Of a DNA stretch of 64,000 nt, positions 54,449-64,000 are shown one piece after another. The stretch is from Patescibacteria group bacterium. Its GTDB lineage: Bacteria; Patescibacteriota; Patescibacteriia; UBA10025; JAHIVO01. The stretch is taken from the NCBI GenBank assembly GCA_049325535.1, contig JBMOKY010000001.1, forward strand, positions 813,942-877,941, given 5' to 3'. The notes beneath the pieces were generated by a model. The model searched no databases, was not told where the DNA came from, and worked only from the letters and a program-made list of their open reading frames with translations. The translations under genes and the position numbers were made by a program. Position 1 is the stretch's first letter; each line of letters begins with the position of its first letter.

Positions 54449-55546
54449 TTAGACTTGTTTACGTGACCGCAAATAATGCTCAATGAACCCATCGAGCTTT
54501 CCACCGAGCACCGCATCGGTATCATGCTCTTCATATTTAGTCCGATGATCTTTCACCAGTGTGTACGGATGGATGACATAGGACCGCACTTGATTTCCCC
54601 AGGCCGCTTCCTGATACTCCCCCCGGAGCGCCTGTTTCTCCTGCTGCTGTTCGGCCAATGCCCGCTGATGCAATTTGCTCTGCAGAATTTTCAATGCCAT
54701 CGCCTTGTTTTGCTGCTGAGAACGTTCGTTCTGACACGACACTGTAATGCCAGTAGGCACATGGACGATACGAACCGCGGAATACGTCGTATTGACGGAC
54801 TGGCCACCATGCCCAGAAGCCATAAATGTGTCTATACGCAGATCGGACTCGCTGATTGTCATTTCATCAGATTCGTCCAGTTCTGGCAATACTTCCACCA
54901 GAGCAAACGAGGTATGGCGCATTTTTTCCGCATCAAAAGGTGAAATCCGCACCAGCCGATGCACGCCGGCTTCAGCCTTCAGATACCCATACGCATAGCG
55001 GCCGCGAACTTCCAGGGTGACGCGTTTGATACCTGCTTCCTGACCGGCCGCTTCATCCAGGACGCGGACCTGCCATGATTTTTTCTCGGCAAAACGCAGG
55101 TACATCCGCAGGAGCATGGCTGCCCAGTCCTGGGCATCCACACCGCCCGTACCGGCATGAATGGCCATGATAGCGTTGTTCGTGTCGTATTTTTCTGAAA
55201 ATAAAATGTAAAATTCCAATGAGTCAAACTGTGACTGCAGCTCCGCCAGCCGCTGACTGATATCATCCTTCAAACTCGAATCGTCGGCATTGATGCTGTC
55301 TTCCGCGAGCTGAGCCAAATCGCCGACTTCATGGCGGATGCGCTCCCAACGCTCCAGCTCCTGGGAAATCTCATCGTGGCGCTGGCTTTGTTTTTTCGCC
55401 TGATCCGGGTCATTCCAAAAATCAGGTTCAGCCATGGCGTATTCCAGTGCCTTTTTTTCGTCGCGCTGACTATCCAGATTCAGTAGTTTCCAGGTTCGAT
55501 CTATCTTACGCACTAACTCACGAAGTTGGTCGAGGAGTTCTTTCAT
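54449..55546 (-). CDS. prfB: Peptide chain release factor 2 (no frameshift)
   Basis: RISPF, GGQSVNTT, WGNQVRSYV; continuous frame from MKELLDQ. Confidence 0.96.
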   Translation of the reverse strand: MKELLDQLRELVRKIDRTWKLLNLDSQRDEKKALEYAMAEPDFWNDPDQAKKQSQRHDEISQELERWERIRHEVGDLAQLAEDSINADDSSLKDDISQRLAELQSQFDSLEFYILFSEKYDTNNAIMAIHAGTGGVDAQDWAAMLLRMYLRFAEKKSWQVRVLDEAAGQEAGIKRVTLEVRGRYAYGYLKAEAGVHRLVRISPFDAEKMRHTSFALVEVLPELDESDEMTISESDLRIDTFMASGHGGQSVNTTYSAVRIVHVPTGITVSCQNERSQQQNKAMALKILQSKLHQRALAEQQQEKQALRGEYQEAAWGNQVRSYVIHPYTLVKDHRTKYEEHDTDAVLGGKLDGFIEHYLRSRKQV

Positions 55547-55588
55547 ATCCCTCATCATAGCCGAAAAAGAGGCATCCGACCAGCCTAT

Positions 55589-55618
55589 TTGACTCCGATC
55601 CGGCACCACCCGTATACT
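55589..55618 (+). promoter_or_regulatory. Sigma70-type promoter TTGACT-N18-TATACT
   Basis: Upstream of GGAGGT-led glnA, divergent from prfB. Confidence 0.6.
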
Positions 55619-55683
55619 GATCTAATATAAAAATTGTTCTTATTACTCCCCACTACAAACCATTCCCTAACACGGAGGTCGTC

Positions 55684-57093
55684 ATGACATCTTGTATTTT
55701 CTGCACCAATCGCGCAGCACAGGAAGTGATTGAACAGCTCTTCCGCCAGGACGTCCGCTATGTCCGGCTCTATTTCCCCGATCCGCTGGGCCGGGTCAAA
55801 GGCCAAAACGTCTCCCGCGACCAGATCTGGAAAATTCTCCAGCGGGGTCAGGGATTCGATGGCTCCAGCATAGAGGGATTCGTGCGCATCCAGGAAAGCG
55901 ATAAAATCGCCCTACCCATGCCGGAAACATTCCGCATCCTGCCCTATCCGGTCGACGGACAACGAGTCGGCGTCATGTTTTGCCGAGTACTCGACACTGA
56001 TCGGGCTCCCTTTGCCGGCGACTCGTTCCTCCCCTTGGAGCGGGCGCTAGTCCAGATGCGGGAGATGGGATACGAAACGTTTTTCGTCGGACCCGAGCTT
56101 GAATTTTTCCTTTTCAAACAGGGTTCACTGGAAAAGGGTGTCCCCCAACTGGTACATTCCGGCGGGTATTTCGACGAGGGCGTCACCCATCCCGGCGCTG
56201 TCTGCCGCATGAAGATAGTGGAAGCATTCCACTCGCTCGGGATCAAGGTGGAAGGAGACCACGGAGAAGTAGCCGATTCCCAGAACGAAATCGACCTGGA
56301 ATACCAGGATGCCTGGACTATGGCATGGTGGACCCTGCTCTACCGCGTCGTGGCTCGGGAAATCGCCGAAAGTCTGGGCATGCGGGCGTCATTCATGCCC
56401 AAACCGATCACCGGCGTCAACGGTTCCGGGATGCACATGCACCTCAGTCTGTTCCGCAAAGGGCACAATGCGTTTTTCGATGCTGACGATCCGTATAGCC
56501 TCTCCACGGTGGCGCGCCAGTTCATGGCCGGCATATTCAAATACCTGCCGGAAGGGATGCTCATCTTCAATCAATGGGTGAACTCTTTCAACCGCCTGGT
56601 TCCCGGGTACGAAGCCCCGGTCTACCTGTGCTGGGGCCGGCGCAACCGTTCCGCGCTCATCCGTGTTCCGGAATACCAGCGCGGGCAGGAAAATGCCACC
56701 CGCATCGAACTGCGGAATCCCGATCCTGGATGCAACACGCCACTGGCCATCGCCACCGTGCTGCAGATGGGCCTCCGAGGCATCACCGAGCAGCTTGACT
56801 GCTTGCCCGCGGCGGTCGAGGAAGATGTTTTTCAGCTCACGGATGACGAACGGAAAGCACGGGGCATCAAGGCGCTACCCGGTTCATTTACCGAGGCGCT
56901 GAATGCATTCGAAACGAGTGAATTCATGAAATCAATCCTCGGTGAGCACATGCACACCAGAATCGTTGCGTCGAAACGGGATGAACTGAACACCTACCAG
57001 GGCGCTATCAAGGACGACGTCTCATCAAATGAGGTGTCGGACCAGGCTGTCGTCCTGCCCGGCGCGGTACGTCTGTACAGCAAATGGCTCTGA
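55684..57093 (+). CDS. glnA: Glutamine synthetase type I
   Basis: FDGSSIEGFVRIQESD, GPELEFF, FMPKP..GVNGSGMH.H, RLVPGYEAP, NRSALIRVP, RIELR.PD. Confidence 0.95.
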   Translation: MTSCIFCTNRAAQEVIEQLFRQDVRYVRLYFPDPLGRVKGQNVSRDQIWKILQRGQGFDGSSIEGFVRIQESDKIALPMPETFRILPYPVDGQRVGVMFCRVLDTDRAPFAGDSFLPLERALVQMREMGYETFFVGPELEFFLFKQGSLEKGVPQLVHSGGYFDEGVTHPGAVCRMKIVEAFHSLGIKVEGDHGEVADSQNEIDLEYQDAWTMAWWTLLYRVVAREIAESLGMRASFMPKPITGVNGSGMHMHLSLFRKGHNAFFDADDPYSLSTVARQFMAGIFKYLPEGMLIFNQWVNSFNRLVPGYEAPVYLCWGRRNRSALIRVPEYQRGQENATRIELRNPDPGCNTPLAIATVLQMGLRGITEQLDCLPAAVEEDVFQLTDDERKARGIKALPGSFTEALNAFETSEFMKSILGEHMHTRIVASKRDELNTYQGAIKDDVSSNEVSDQAVVLPGAVRLYSKWL

Positions 57094-57118
57094 TCCTTTT
57101 CTCCGTCCAAAACCAACC

Positions 57119-57156
57119 AGCCCAGGAACTCACACGTCCTGGGCTTCTTTTTTTTC
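57119..57156 (+). terminator. Intrinsic terminator
   Basis: AGCCCAGGA/TCCTGGGCT followed by a long T run. Confidence 0.75.
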
Positions 57157-57174
57157 TTATGCCAATGGCGGTAT

Positions 57175-57597
57175 TTAGGCAGCCTGACTTTTAGCGGCTT
57201 GTTCCGCTCTGACTCCAGCCAAATAATGACGGTAAAAATTCAGTTCAGCGCTGCCACTAGGCATCTGCCGAGGGTCGGACAGTTCCCGGAAAAAATCATC
57301 CGCATTTTCCGCATGACCAGCCATGTCTACCACCTGTGCCACCAAATCCACGGCGGTAGCGGGAGCGCCACCATCTTCCAGCACATGCTTGATAGCATCG
57401 GTCAATTTGCGCAGGCGCTGGCTGCGGTCACGCAGCTGGAAAAAAGACAAATCGCCGGTCTGATGTTCTTTCACCAGTTCATACAATTGGACAAACACTT
57501 CCTTTTCCTGGTCCATCGTCGCCATATCCTCGGGAGTCACCTCGATGGCTTCCGGTGTCGGCTCAGTACTGTCATGCATTGACTCTCCTTCACGCAT
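57175..57597 (-). CDS. Hypothetical acidic helical protein
   Basis: Follows htrA on the same strand. Confidence 0.6.
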   Translation of the reverse strand: MREGESMHDSTEPTPEAIEVTPEDMATMDQEKEVFVQLYELVKEHQTGDLSFFQLRDRSQRLRKLTDAIKHVLEDGGAPATAVDLVAQVVDMAGHAENADDFFRELSDPRQMPSGSAELNFYRHYLAGVRAEQAAKSQAA

Positions 57598-57614
57598 ACG
57601 GATAATGCTAAAAA

Positions 57615-58904
57615 TTATTGAGTTGATTCAGCGAGGGTGGCTGTAATTATTTTTTCCTCCCCCTTACTGAGCACTTTCAGCGTAATAGTATCACCCGGTT
57701 TATACTTTTGCAATTCATGCGCCAAACTATGATCCTCATCGATGACCTGGTCATTGATAGAGAGGATTATGTCGTTTTCCTGTATACCAGCTTTGTCGGC
57801 TGGGCTGCCGGGGATGATAGCCAAATCAGCCGGCTGACTCCCCCGGACAACGAGTGCGCCATAATCGACAGAAAGATCGTTCTGCTCGGCAATGTCTTTA
57901 TTGATGACCATATACCGTACCCCCAGGTACGGCCTGACGATATACCCGTACTCCTGGACGCTTTCGATCACTTGCTTCGCCTGATTGATGGGGATGGCAA
58001 ACCCGACCAGCTGTCCCTGCTGGCTGATAGCGGTATTCACCCCGATAACCTCACCATTGAGATTGACCAAAGGGCCGCCCGAATTACCAAAATTGATGGC
58101 CGCATCCGTCTGAATAATATTTTCCAGCGTCTCAGACTGTCCGGTCCGGGTACCGGCGGTGACCGTGCGGGCCAATCCGGAAATGACGCCCCGGGTCACT
58201 GTATTGCTGTACTCCCCGAGCGTATTACCGATGGCAATAACTGTCTGGCCAATGCTCAGGGAATCAGAATCGCCCAGCGACACCGTGAGGAGCTGCTCCG
58301 CATCAATTTTTATCAGCGCCAAATCATTCAGCGGATCAGTGTCGAGAATCTGTGCATCATATTTTTTCCCATCATTCATCACGACGGTATACGAAGCGGT
58401 AACGTCAGAAACTACGTGTTTATTCGTCAATATCATGCCATCCGAACTGACGATGAACCCCGTGCCCGCCCCCACTTCCTGCTCTCCCTGGGATTCCTGA
58501 CTGGGAATAGAAAACCCAAACAAATCAAATGGCGCGGTGGCTGAATACGAGCCTAAATCCTGGGTGATGACGATACTGACCACCGCGGGTGAAACTTTTT
58601 GTACGGTTTCAATGGTTGCCGATTCCTCCGTCGTCACCTGCAGCGTCGTACGGGCAGCCGTGTTGGCCGACGGCGCTCCGCTCAGACTGCCAAAAATCCG
58701 GGAATCCACCCAATCCGCCGCGACACGATCGGCACGCAACCACCCGCTGACCAGGAGACCTGATATACCACCCAGCGCCAGACTAGCTACGATGGTACCA
58801 ATGAAAAGCCACCGCAAAGACTTTGTGGACATCACAACTGATTGTTCAGCCTGCCGACCAGGCTGACTGGGGGATGAAGATTGTGTATTTTTAGCAGTTG
58901 CCAT
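57615..58904 (-). CDS. htrA: HtrA/DegP-family serine protease with PDZ domain
   Basis: GTGFI, TNKHVV, DLA, QTDAAIN.GNSGGPL, GSPADKAG. Confidence 0.95.
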   Translation of the reverse strand: MATAKNTQSSSPSQPGRQAEQSVVMSTKSLRWLFIGTIVASLALGGISGLLVSGWLRADRVAADWVDSRIFGSLSGAPSANTAARTTLQVTTEESATIETVQKVSPAVVSIVITQDLGSYSATAPFDLFGFSIPSQESQGEQEVGAGTGFIVSSDGMILTNKHVVSDVTASYTVVMNDGKKYDAQILDTDPLNDLALIKIDAEQLLTVSLGDSDSLSIGQTVIAIGNTLGEYSNTVTRGVISGLARTVTAGTRTGQSETLENIIQTDAAINFGNSGGPLVNLNGEVIGVNTAISQQGQLVGFAIPINQAKQVIESVQEYGYIVRPYLGVRYMVINKDIAEQNDLSVDYGALVVRGSQPADLAIIPGSPADKAGIQENDIILSINDQVIDEDHSLAHELQKYKPGDTITLKVLSKGEEKIITATLAESTQ

Positions 58905-59066
58905 TGTATTGATGTTAGATGTGTAAGATGTGTTGTTTATTTTGATGAGCACATATAATTATTAAAATATTTTTATGCCTTGTCAATACAGACCTAAATA
59001 CCCGCTGTACGGGTGATTACGCACCATACAGCAGATTTATTGCGGTTATTGTCGATGATATATAGA

Positions 59067-59555
59067 TTACTCCGCTGTGTTTAGATTGACCGTCTGGGCC
59101 GTGAGGCAATTCACATAATCCATACCGACCTGACCCCGGCATCGGATATTGTTCCCCCGGTCACGCTCACACAATGATAACTGCTCACCTTCGAGACCGA
59201 CACATGGATCCCCCTGCAATGTCTCGACACAGGTGCGGAACTGTTCATTCCCTTCCCATGCGCATCGATTGTGCTGACACAAGCAGTTGTCTTCCGCAAA
59301 ACAACTGTATGCCTCCTGATATTCGCAGGTAGTCACGGTGGAATCAGACTGAAGCCGAGCCACACACAGCGTACCCGAACATCCCGCCGGCATACAGTCG
59401 GCGTCGGTGTAGCATTCCACCAGCTCACCGGAATTGGTCAGGGGCAGCGTACTGGACGGCGGCTGATCCCGCTGATCCAGCCGATAGCTAAGATACACGG
59501 CCACCATGGCCAATAGCACGAGTACGGACAGGATGATCACGTATGATCGGCGCAT
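59067..59555 (-). CDS. Membrane-anchored eight-cysteine-cluster protein
   Basis: C.TDADC...GCSG..C......TTCE....Y.C.....C.C....C.W. Confidence 0.75.
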   Translation of the reverse strand: MRRSYVIILSVLVLLAMVAVYLSYRLDQRDQPPSSTLPLTNSGELVECYTDADCMPAGCSGTLCVARLQSDSTVTTCEYQEAYSCFAEDNCLCQHNRCAWEGNEQFRTCVETLQGDPCVGLEGEQLSLCERDRGNNIRCRGQVGMDYVNCLTAQTVNLNTAE

Positions 59556-59557
59556 AG

Positions 59558-60487
59558 CTATTTGATCCCCAGATTAGTATGTAAATCGACAAACGCATAC
59601 CCCTGATCCTGAATCTGACGAATCAGCTCCGGGACAATCTCGGCTGTGGTGGCATTGCTTGCCTGCATCAGTATGATAGCGCCATTGCCTATGGCGTCGA
59701 TAACGCGCTCCCGCGACTGCTCTGGCGTATAGTCACTCGACCAATCCAGTGCATCGACGGTCCAGGTGACCGTGCAATACCCGTCGGCAGCCGCAGTAGA
59801 AACAACCGCTTCGTCGGCGGCGCCATATGGCGGGCGGAAAAATGGCTTGCTCCCCTGTGTGGCCTGGGCGCTGATCGCTTCCTGCGCCTGCGCCAATTCA
59901 TCGGTCAGTTCCTCGGCGCTGAGGTCAGTGGCGCGAGTATGATTGTACGTCAGATTGTATACCGGAAACCCGGCGTCAGAAATCTGCCGGATCATATCCG
60001 GATTTGACTCGGCGACATCCCCCCGAGCAAAAAAATCTGCGGTCACACCGGCGCTTTTCAGCGATTGGAGCACTGAAGTGATTTCGCCGGACTTTGTGGT
60101 GCCGACATTAAACGTCAAGGTTACCCGCTTCTCATTCGTGTCGCCCCGGGAAAACACCTGGTCGCATTCATCAGGCGCGATCGATGCCGTTTCCGCGGCC
60201 GTATTCACGTTCGATGAAGAATTCGTATTGGTATTTACGTTCTCATTCACTGCGGCATTTACATTTGATTCGGTCGTGGCTGGTGCCGCGGTATTGGTAT
60301 CTGGGACGATCGGCTGGTTTGTGCCATCAACCAGCGCCGGATCTCCCGGGCCACCGATCAAGGCTCGAATAATGAAATATAATACCCCGACGACGCCGAT
60401 GATGATGCCATATTTACCAAATCGAAATCCGGCAGCGTCACGGCGAGGCGTTTGGTGATACTGGCTATAGCGTGGGTACGGTGGCAT
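59558..60487 (-). CDS. Polysaccharide deacetylase (NodB/CE4)-fold protein, catalytic residues degenerate
   Basis: LTFNVG, NLTYNH, FRPPYG, WTVDALDW, IILMQ. Confidence 0.85.
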   Translation of the reverse strand: MPPYPRYSQYHQTPRRDAAGFRFGKYGIIIGVVGVLYFIIRALIGGPGDPALVDGTNQPIVPDTNTAAPATTESNVNAAVNENVNTNTNSSSNVNTAAETASIAPDECDQVFSRGDTNEKRVTLTFNVGTTKSGEITSVLQSLKSAGVTADFFARGDVAESNPDMIRQISDAGFPVYNLTYNHTRATDLSAEELTDELAQAQEAISAQATQGSKPFFRPPYGAADEAVVSTAAADGYCTVTWTVDALDWSSDYTPEQSRERVIDAIGNGAIILMQASNATTAEIVPELIRQIQDQGYAFVDLHTNLGIK

Positions 60488-60512
60488 GCGATGGAAGCCT
60501 TATGATGAAATA

Positions 60513-61010
60513 TTATTCCGGCTGATACTGACGTTCGAAAGTAAACCGTATCTCATCGCCACCTTTGATGACTGTCCGATCCGCGGTCTGCAGCGGCTGA
60601 CTCCCATTGACGGTAAATACCCAAAAATTGAAATCATCACCATTGGTCCGATCGCCAATCGTCCGCACGACTGTGCCAAAGGGACTCTGGACAGTTTCGA
60701 TACTCAAGTCAAATGCCAATGCTACCTGCTGGAGTATGTCCTGAGCGGTCATGTCAGGAAGTACGGGGAAATCAATCTGCAGCGGCTCACCGTCCCCGCG
60801 ATCGATAATTATCGTCGCCTGGTCGACCGATTCGATGGATACGCCAGCAACCCGGGCGCGATTCTGATCGGTGTTCACCACCGGTGGATTTGCCGACAGC
60901 CGGACGATGTCCCGCTCGATGACAAACCCCGATACACTCATGACGACGAGACCGAGGGTCATCACCGCAAACAAGGTGACTCCAAAACCCAGATGACTAA
61001 TTTTTTTCAT
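60513..61010 (-). CDS. DUF4430-type membrane-anchored protein
   Basis: FGTVV.TIG...NG....FW.F.VNG......AD.....GD.I.F. Confidence 0.75.
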   Translation of the reverse strand: MKKISHLGFGVTLFAVMTLGLVVMSVSGFVIERDIVRLSANPPVVNTDQNRARVAGVSIESVDQATIIIDRGDGEPLQIDFPVLPDMTAQDILQQVALAFDLSIETVQSPFGTVVRTIGDRTNGDDFNFWVFTVNGSQPLQTADRTVIKGGDEIRFTFERQYQPE

Positions 61011-61049
61011 ATGCGTATACCATTAGTACTTAGGCCCCCTCCCGGAATA

Positions 61050-61523
61050 TTATTTTGCTTTGGACGAATTCCGTCTGTTCATCAATTTCTTCAATTCAAG
61101 CTGAAATGATTTCACATCCTTAAACGAGCGGTAAACGGAAGCAAACCGGATGTACGCCACCTGGTCTTTCTTCTTCAGATTGCGCATGATGATTTCCCCG
61201 ATGTCGCTGCTTTTGATTTCTTCCTTGCCCATCAGCTGAATATCACGTTCAATCCGATTGACCAGTTTTTTGAATTCATCCTGGGTAATCGGTCGCTTTT
61301 CAAACGCTTTTTTCAGTCCATTTTCCAGTTTATCTTTGGCATACGGCTCGTGCCGGCCATCCCGTTTGATCACGGTCAGATTCAAAATCTCCACCTCTTC
61401 ATACGTGGAAAAACGAAAGCCGCATTTGGCACATTCACGACGCCGACGAATAGCCAAACCTTCATTCACCAACCGTGAATCATTGACGCGGGTATCTTCG
61501 AAATGGCATGCAGGACAACGCAT
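61050..61523 (-). CDS. nrdR: Transcriptional regulator NrdR
   Basis: MRCPAC..DTRV.DSR, IRRRRECAKC..RFSTYE, VAYIRFASVY. Confidence 0.97.
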   Translation of the reverse strand: MRCPACHFEDTRVNDSRLVNEGLAIRRRRECAKCGFRFSTYEEVEILNLTVIKRDGRHEPYAKDKLENGLKKAFEKRPITQDEFKKLVNRIERDIQLMGKEEIKSSDIGEIIMRNLKKKDQVAYIRFASVYRSFKDVKSFQLELKKLMNRRNSSKAK

Positions 61524-61720
61524 GATGACGCGGATAACAACGAATAATTGCTCCTTCTGGCACCCGCAGTATACTATCAAATCCTCACTTTGACAAGGTG
61601 ATTGCGCCCACCCCGCGGACAACGAAAAAGCGCCAGGCCCCGGGTTTCCCCCGACATAAACCAAAGGCGCTAAAATTCGTCTTCATGTCGAGTGAAGTGT
61701 ATGTGTGTTTGACGAAACGT

Positions 61721-61753
61721 ATAGAAAACCTTTTTTTCTAAAAGGGTTTTCTA
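61721..61753 (-). terminator. Inverted repeat downstream of ftsZ
   Basis: TAGAAAACC...GGTTTTCTA. Confidence 0.5.
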
Positions 61754-61757
61754 CTAT

Positions 61758-62993
61758 TTACATCATCTTCTTCCTGATGAAAGCAGGGATCTCCAAATCC
61801 TCATCCTCAGATGGGCGACTCTGGCTGATTGCCGCACCAGTGGGGCGTGACGACGGGATCGGGCGGGATGTCGGGGCGGGTGTGGGTGCTGACTGGCGTA
61901 CCGGCTTTTCAATCGGACGGGGTTTTACCGGTGCAGCGGTGAAGCTCGGACGAGCGTCTTCTTTCTTTTCGAAATCAGGATAGCCGACCGGCTCAATTTT
62001 CTTTATTGTCCGCTGTTTTCCACCAAATCCAGTAGCGATGACCGTGATGCGGATTTGATCTTTCATCGACTCGTCGATGACGGAACCAAATATAACCCGT
62101 GCATTGGCATCCGCTGATGACGTGATGATCCGTGCCGCTTCATTTACTTCGTACATACCCAGATCCGGACCGCCCGTGACAGTAAAGAGGATGCCCTTGG
62201 CGCCTTCTATGGAAAGCTCAAGCAATGGGCTGTCGATCGCAGCTTTTGCCGCATCAATCGCACGATTCTCACCGGTACCCTGACCGATGCCCATCAGTGC
62301 CGAACCGGCATTTTCCATAACCGAACGGACGTCAGCAAAATCAACATTGATCAGTCCGGGAACGGTAATCAGATCGGAAATGCCTTTGACACCCTGACGC
62401 AATACCTCGTCAACAGTACTGAAAGCCTCTAGCAGCGACGTCTTCTTATCAATTATTTGTAAGATTCGATCATTGGGGATGGTAATAATCGTATCAACTT
62501 TATCCGAAAGATCCGACAGTCCAGAATCAGCAATCTGCCGGCGCTGTGCTCCCTCGAAGGCAAATGGTTTCGTCACGACTGCCACGGTCAGCGCCCCCAA
62601 ATCACGGGCAACATCGGCAATCAATGGCGCAGCGCCCGTGCCGGTTCCCCCACCCAAACCACAGGTAATAAACACCATGTCAGCCCCTTTCAGCGTATCG
62701 TGAATCTCATCTTGATTTTCCTCGGCTGCTTTCCGGCCGATTTCCGGATCCATGCCAGCACCCAAGCCACGAGTCACTGTTTTGCCGATGTGGATTTTAT
62801 GCTGGGCTTTTGAGTGATGCAGCGCCTGTGCATCGGTATTGACAGCCACAAATTCCACACCTTGTATCTTCGCATTGATCATGCGATCAATGGCGGAACC
62901 GCCTGAACCACCGACACCGACAACTTTTATTTTAGCGAACGTTTCGATGTCTGGTTTGATCTCCATATGGTTATTCGATCTACTTTTAGACAT
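61758..62993 (-). CDS. ftsZ: Cell division protein FtsZ
   Basis: [22 protein letters not shown]-terminal LEIPAFIRK. Confidence 0.99.
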   Translation of the reverse strand: MSKSRSNNHMEIKPDIETFAKIKVVGVGGSGGSAIDRMINAKIQGVEFVAVNTDAQALHHSKAQHKIHIGKTVTRGLGAGMDPEIGRKAAEENQDEIHDTLKGADMVFITCGLGGGTGTGAAPLIADVARDLGALTVAVVTKPFAFEGAQRRQIADSGLSDLSDKVDTIITIPNDRILQIIDKKTSLLEAFSTVDEVLRQGVKGISDLITVPGLINVDFADVRSVMENAGSALMGIGQGTGENRAIDAAKAAIDSPLLELSIEGAKGILFTVTGGPDLGMYEVNEAARIITSSADANARVIFGSVIDESMKDQIRITVIATGFGGKQRTIKKIEPVGYPDFEKKEDARPSFTAAPVKPRPIEKPVRQSAPTPAPTSRPIPSSRPTGAAISQSRPSEDEDLEIPAFIRKKMM

Positions 62994-63026
62994 AATGAAT
63001 CAAAAAATGCACGTGCCTGTGCGAAC

Positions 63027-64000
63027 CTAGGGAATTAAGGTTTTAAACCATTTCTTCATCCGATCAGTCGCATCGGAAACGGATGAAAATTTTGGAATAG
63101 ATAGTTTGCGTCCACCAGCGCCTCCGTCATCAGTCAGTCCAGCGCCCCAGTGCAAAAGTCCGATAGCCGTGGAATAATTCAAATCATTTACTTTATCGAC
63201 AGCAGTTGATCCAAGCTCCAGTGGATACCCCAATGCAGCCGGTAATTTGAACTGCCGTTTGGCCACTTCGACGAGACCATTTAATTTTGCGCCGCCACCC
63301 GTCAGTACCACGCCCGCCGGAAGGAGCCCAGCGCGGTCAATTTTCTGCAGCTCTTTATCCGCCATGGTAAATATTTCCTCACAGCGCGCCTCGATAATTT
63401 CCGCAATATGCTTATGCGACACGACTCCCTCTTCCCGCGAATCGAGCTCGTTCAGATTGATCTCATCACGCTTGTTTATTTCATCCGGCAGCGCAGACCC
63501 GTATTCCACTTTTATCTTTTCCGCCAGATCAATCGACGTACGCAAGCCAATGGCGATATCGTTGGTAATGTGACTTGATCCGACCGGAAGAATGGCGCTG
63601 TGCAATACATCGCCCTCTTCAAAAACCAATAAGCTGGTGGTGGTACCGCCGATATTCAGGAGGGCCACCCCGAGATCTTTTTGTTTACGGGTCAGTACTG
63701 CTTCAGCACCGGCTAAGACGCCCAGCACCAAATCGTCGATGTCGACGCCGGTCCGATATACGCATTTGGTAATGTTTTTTATCTGTGAAGAGAGACCCTG
63801 GATAATTTGAGCGTCAACCTCTAATCGAATTCCGGTCATGCCAATAGGATCCTTGATCCCGGTCTGATTATCGACAGAAAAACTCCGGGGGATGACGTGC
63901 AGGATTTCATAGTTCGGTGGCGTCGCTACCGCCTGGGCGGCTTCAATCACACGCTCGACATCTTCTTCCTTTATCTCACCATCCGATTTAGATACAGCGA
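63027..64000 (-). CDS. ftsA: Cell division protein FtsA (5' end outside the window)
   Basis: ILHVIP, DPIGMTGIRLE, IGGTTT, ITNDIAIGL, VLTGGGA; upstream of ftsZ. Confidence 0.96.
   Translation of the reverse strand, partial: AVSKSDGEIKEEDVERVIEAAQAVATPPNYEILHVIPRSFSVDNQTGIKDPIGMTGIRLEVDAQIIQGLSSQIKNITKCVYRTGVDIDDLVLGVLAGAEAVLTRKQKDLGVALLNIGGTTTSLLVFEEGDVLHSAILPVGSSHITNDIAIGLRTSIDLAEKIKVEYGSALPDEINKRDEINLNELDSREEGVVSHKHIAEIIEARCEEIFTMADKELQKIDRAGLLPAGVVLTGGGAKLNGLVEVAKRQFKLPAALGYPLELGSTAVDKVNDLNYSTAIGLLHWGAGLTDDGGAGGRKLSIPKFSSVSDATDRMKKWFKTLIP

Noticed and set aside
1-64000. CRISPR array, prophage, IS element or rRNA
   Set aside because: No regularly spaced repeats, cas, integrase, transposase, phage structural genes or rRNA-like sequence recognised
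1-64000. Alternative genetic code (TGA read as Gly or Trp)
   Set aside because: Long conserved genes have no internal TGA, and glnA and the purC fusion end at TGA followed by terminators

Overview
Gene-dense bacterial chromosome segment read in the standard genetic code (TGA acts as a stop). The gene content and layout suggest a Candidate Phyla Radiation (Patescibacteria) genome; this is inference from split comEC, many membrane-anchored or secreted proteins, leaderless starts and a long tmRNA tag. Housekeeping genes include tgt, pgsA/pgpA, recO, ileS, argS, smpB-ssrA-infC, rpmI-rplT, tRNA-Asp, comEC (two genes), glpX-fba, prfB-glmS, glnA, htrA, nrdR, ftsZ and partial ftsA. The best candidate for an undescribed system lies at about 18.0-27.0 kb on the minus strand. 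An ECF sigma factor with an ECF-type promoter is translationally coupled to an 1811-aa membrane-anchored alpha-2-macroglobulin-like protein. That protein has an anti-sigma-like N-terminus, lacks the CxEQ thioester Cys, and carries a 129-aa Hint (intein-like) domain with +1 Glu inside its bait region. It is followed by an exported MEMO1-like protein, a degenerate CPBP protease, a membrane-NUDIX fusion and a histidine phosphatase. Other notable items are a PAICS-like PurC-PurE fusion next to a transformylase-only PurH, a four-gene operon of unrecognised proteins with a dockerin-like membrane protein, a TGT lacking all four Zn ligands, an IleRS with a GIHH signature, near-identical DNA tracts shared by two FG-GAP surface-protein genes, a duplicated tRNA fragment and several unlisted small ORFs. 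All family assignments come from reading motifs; no database searches were run.
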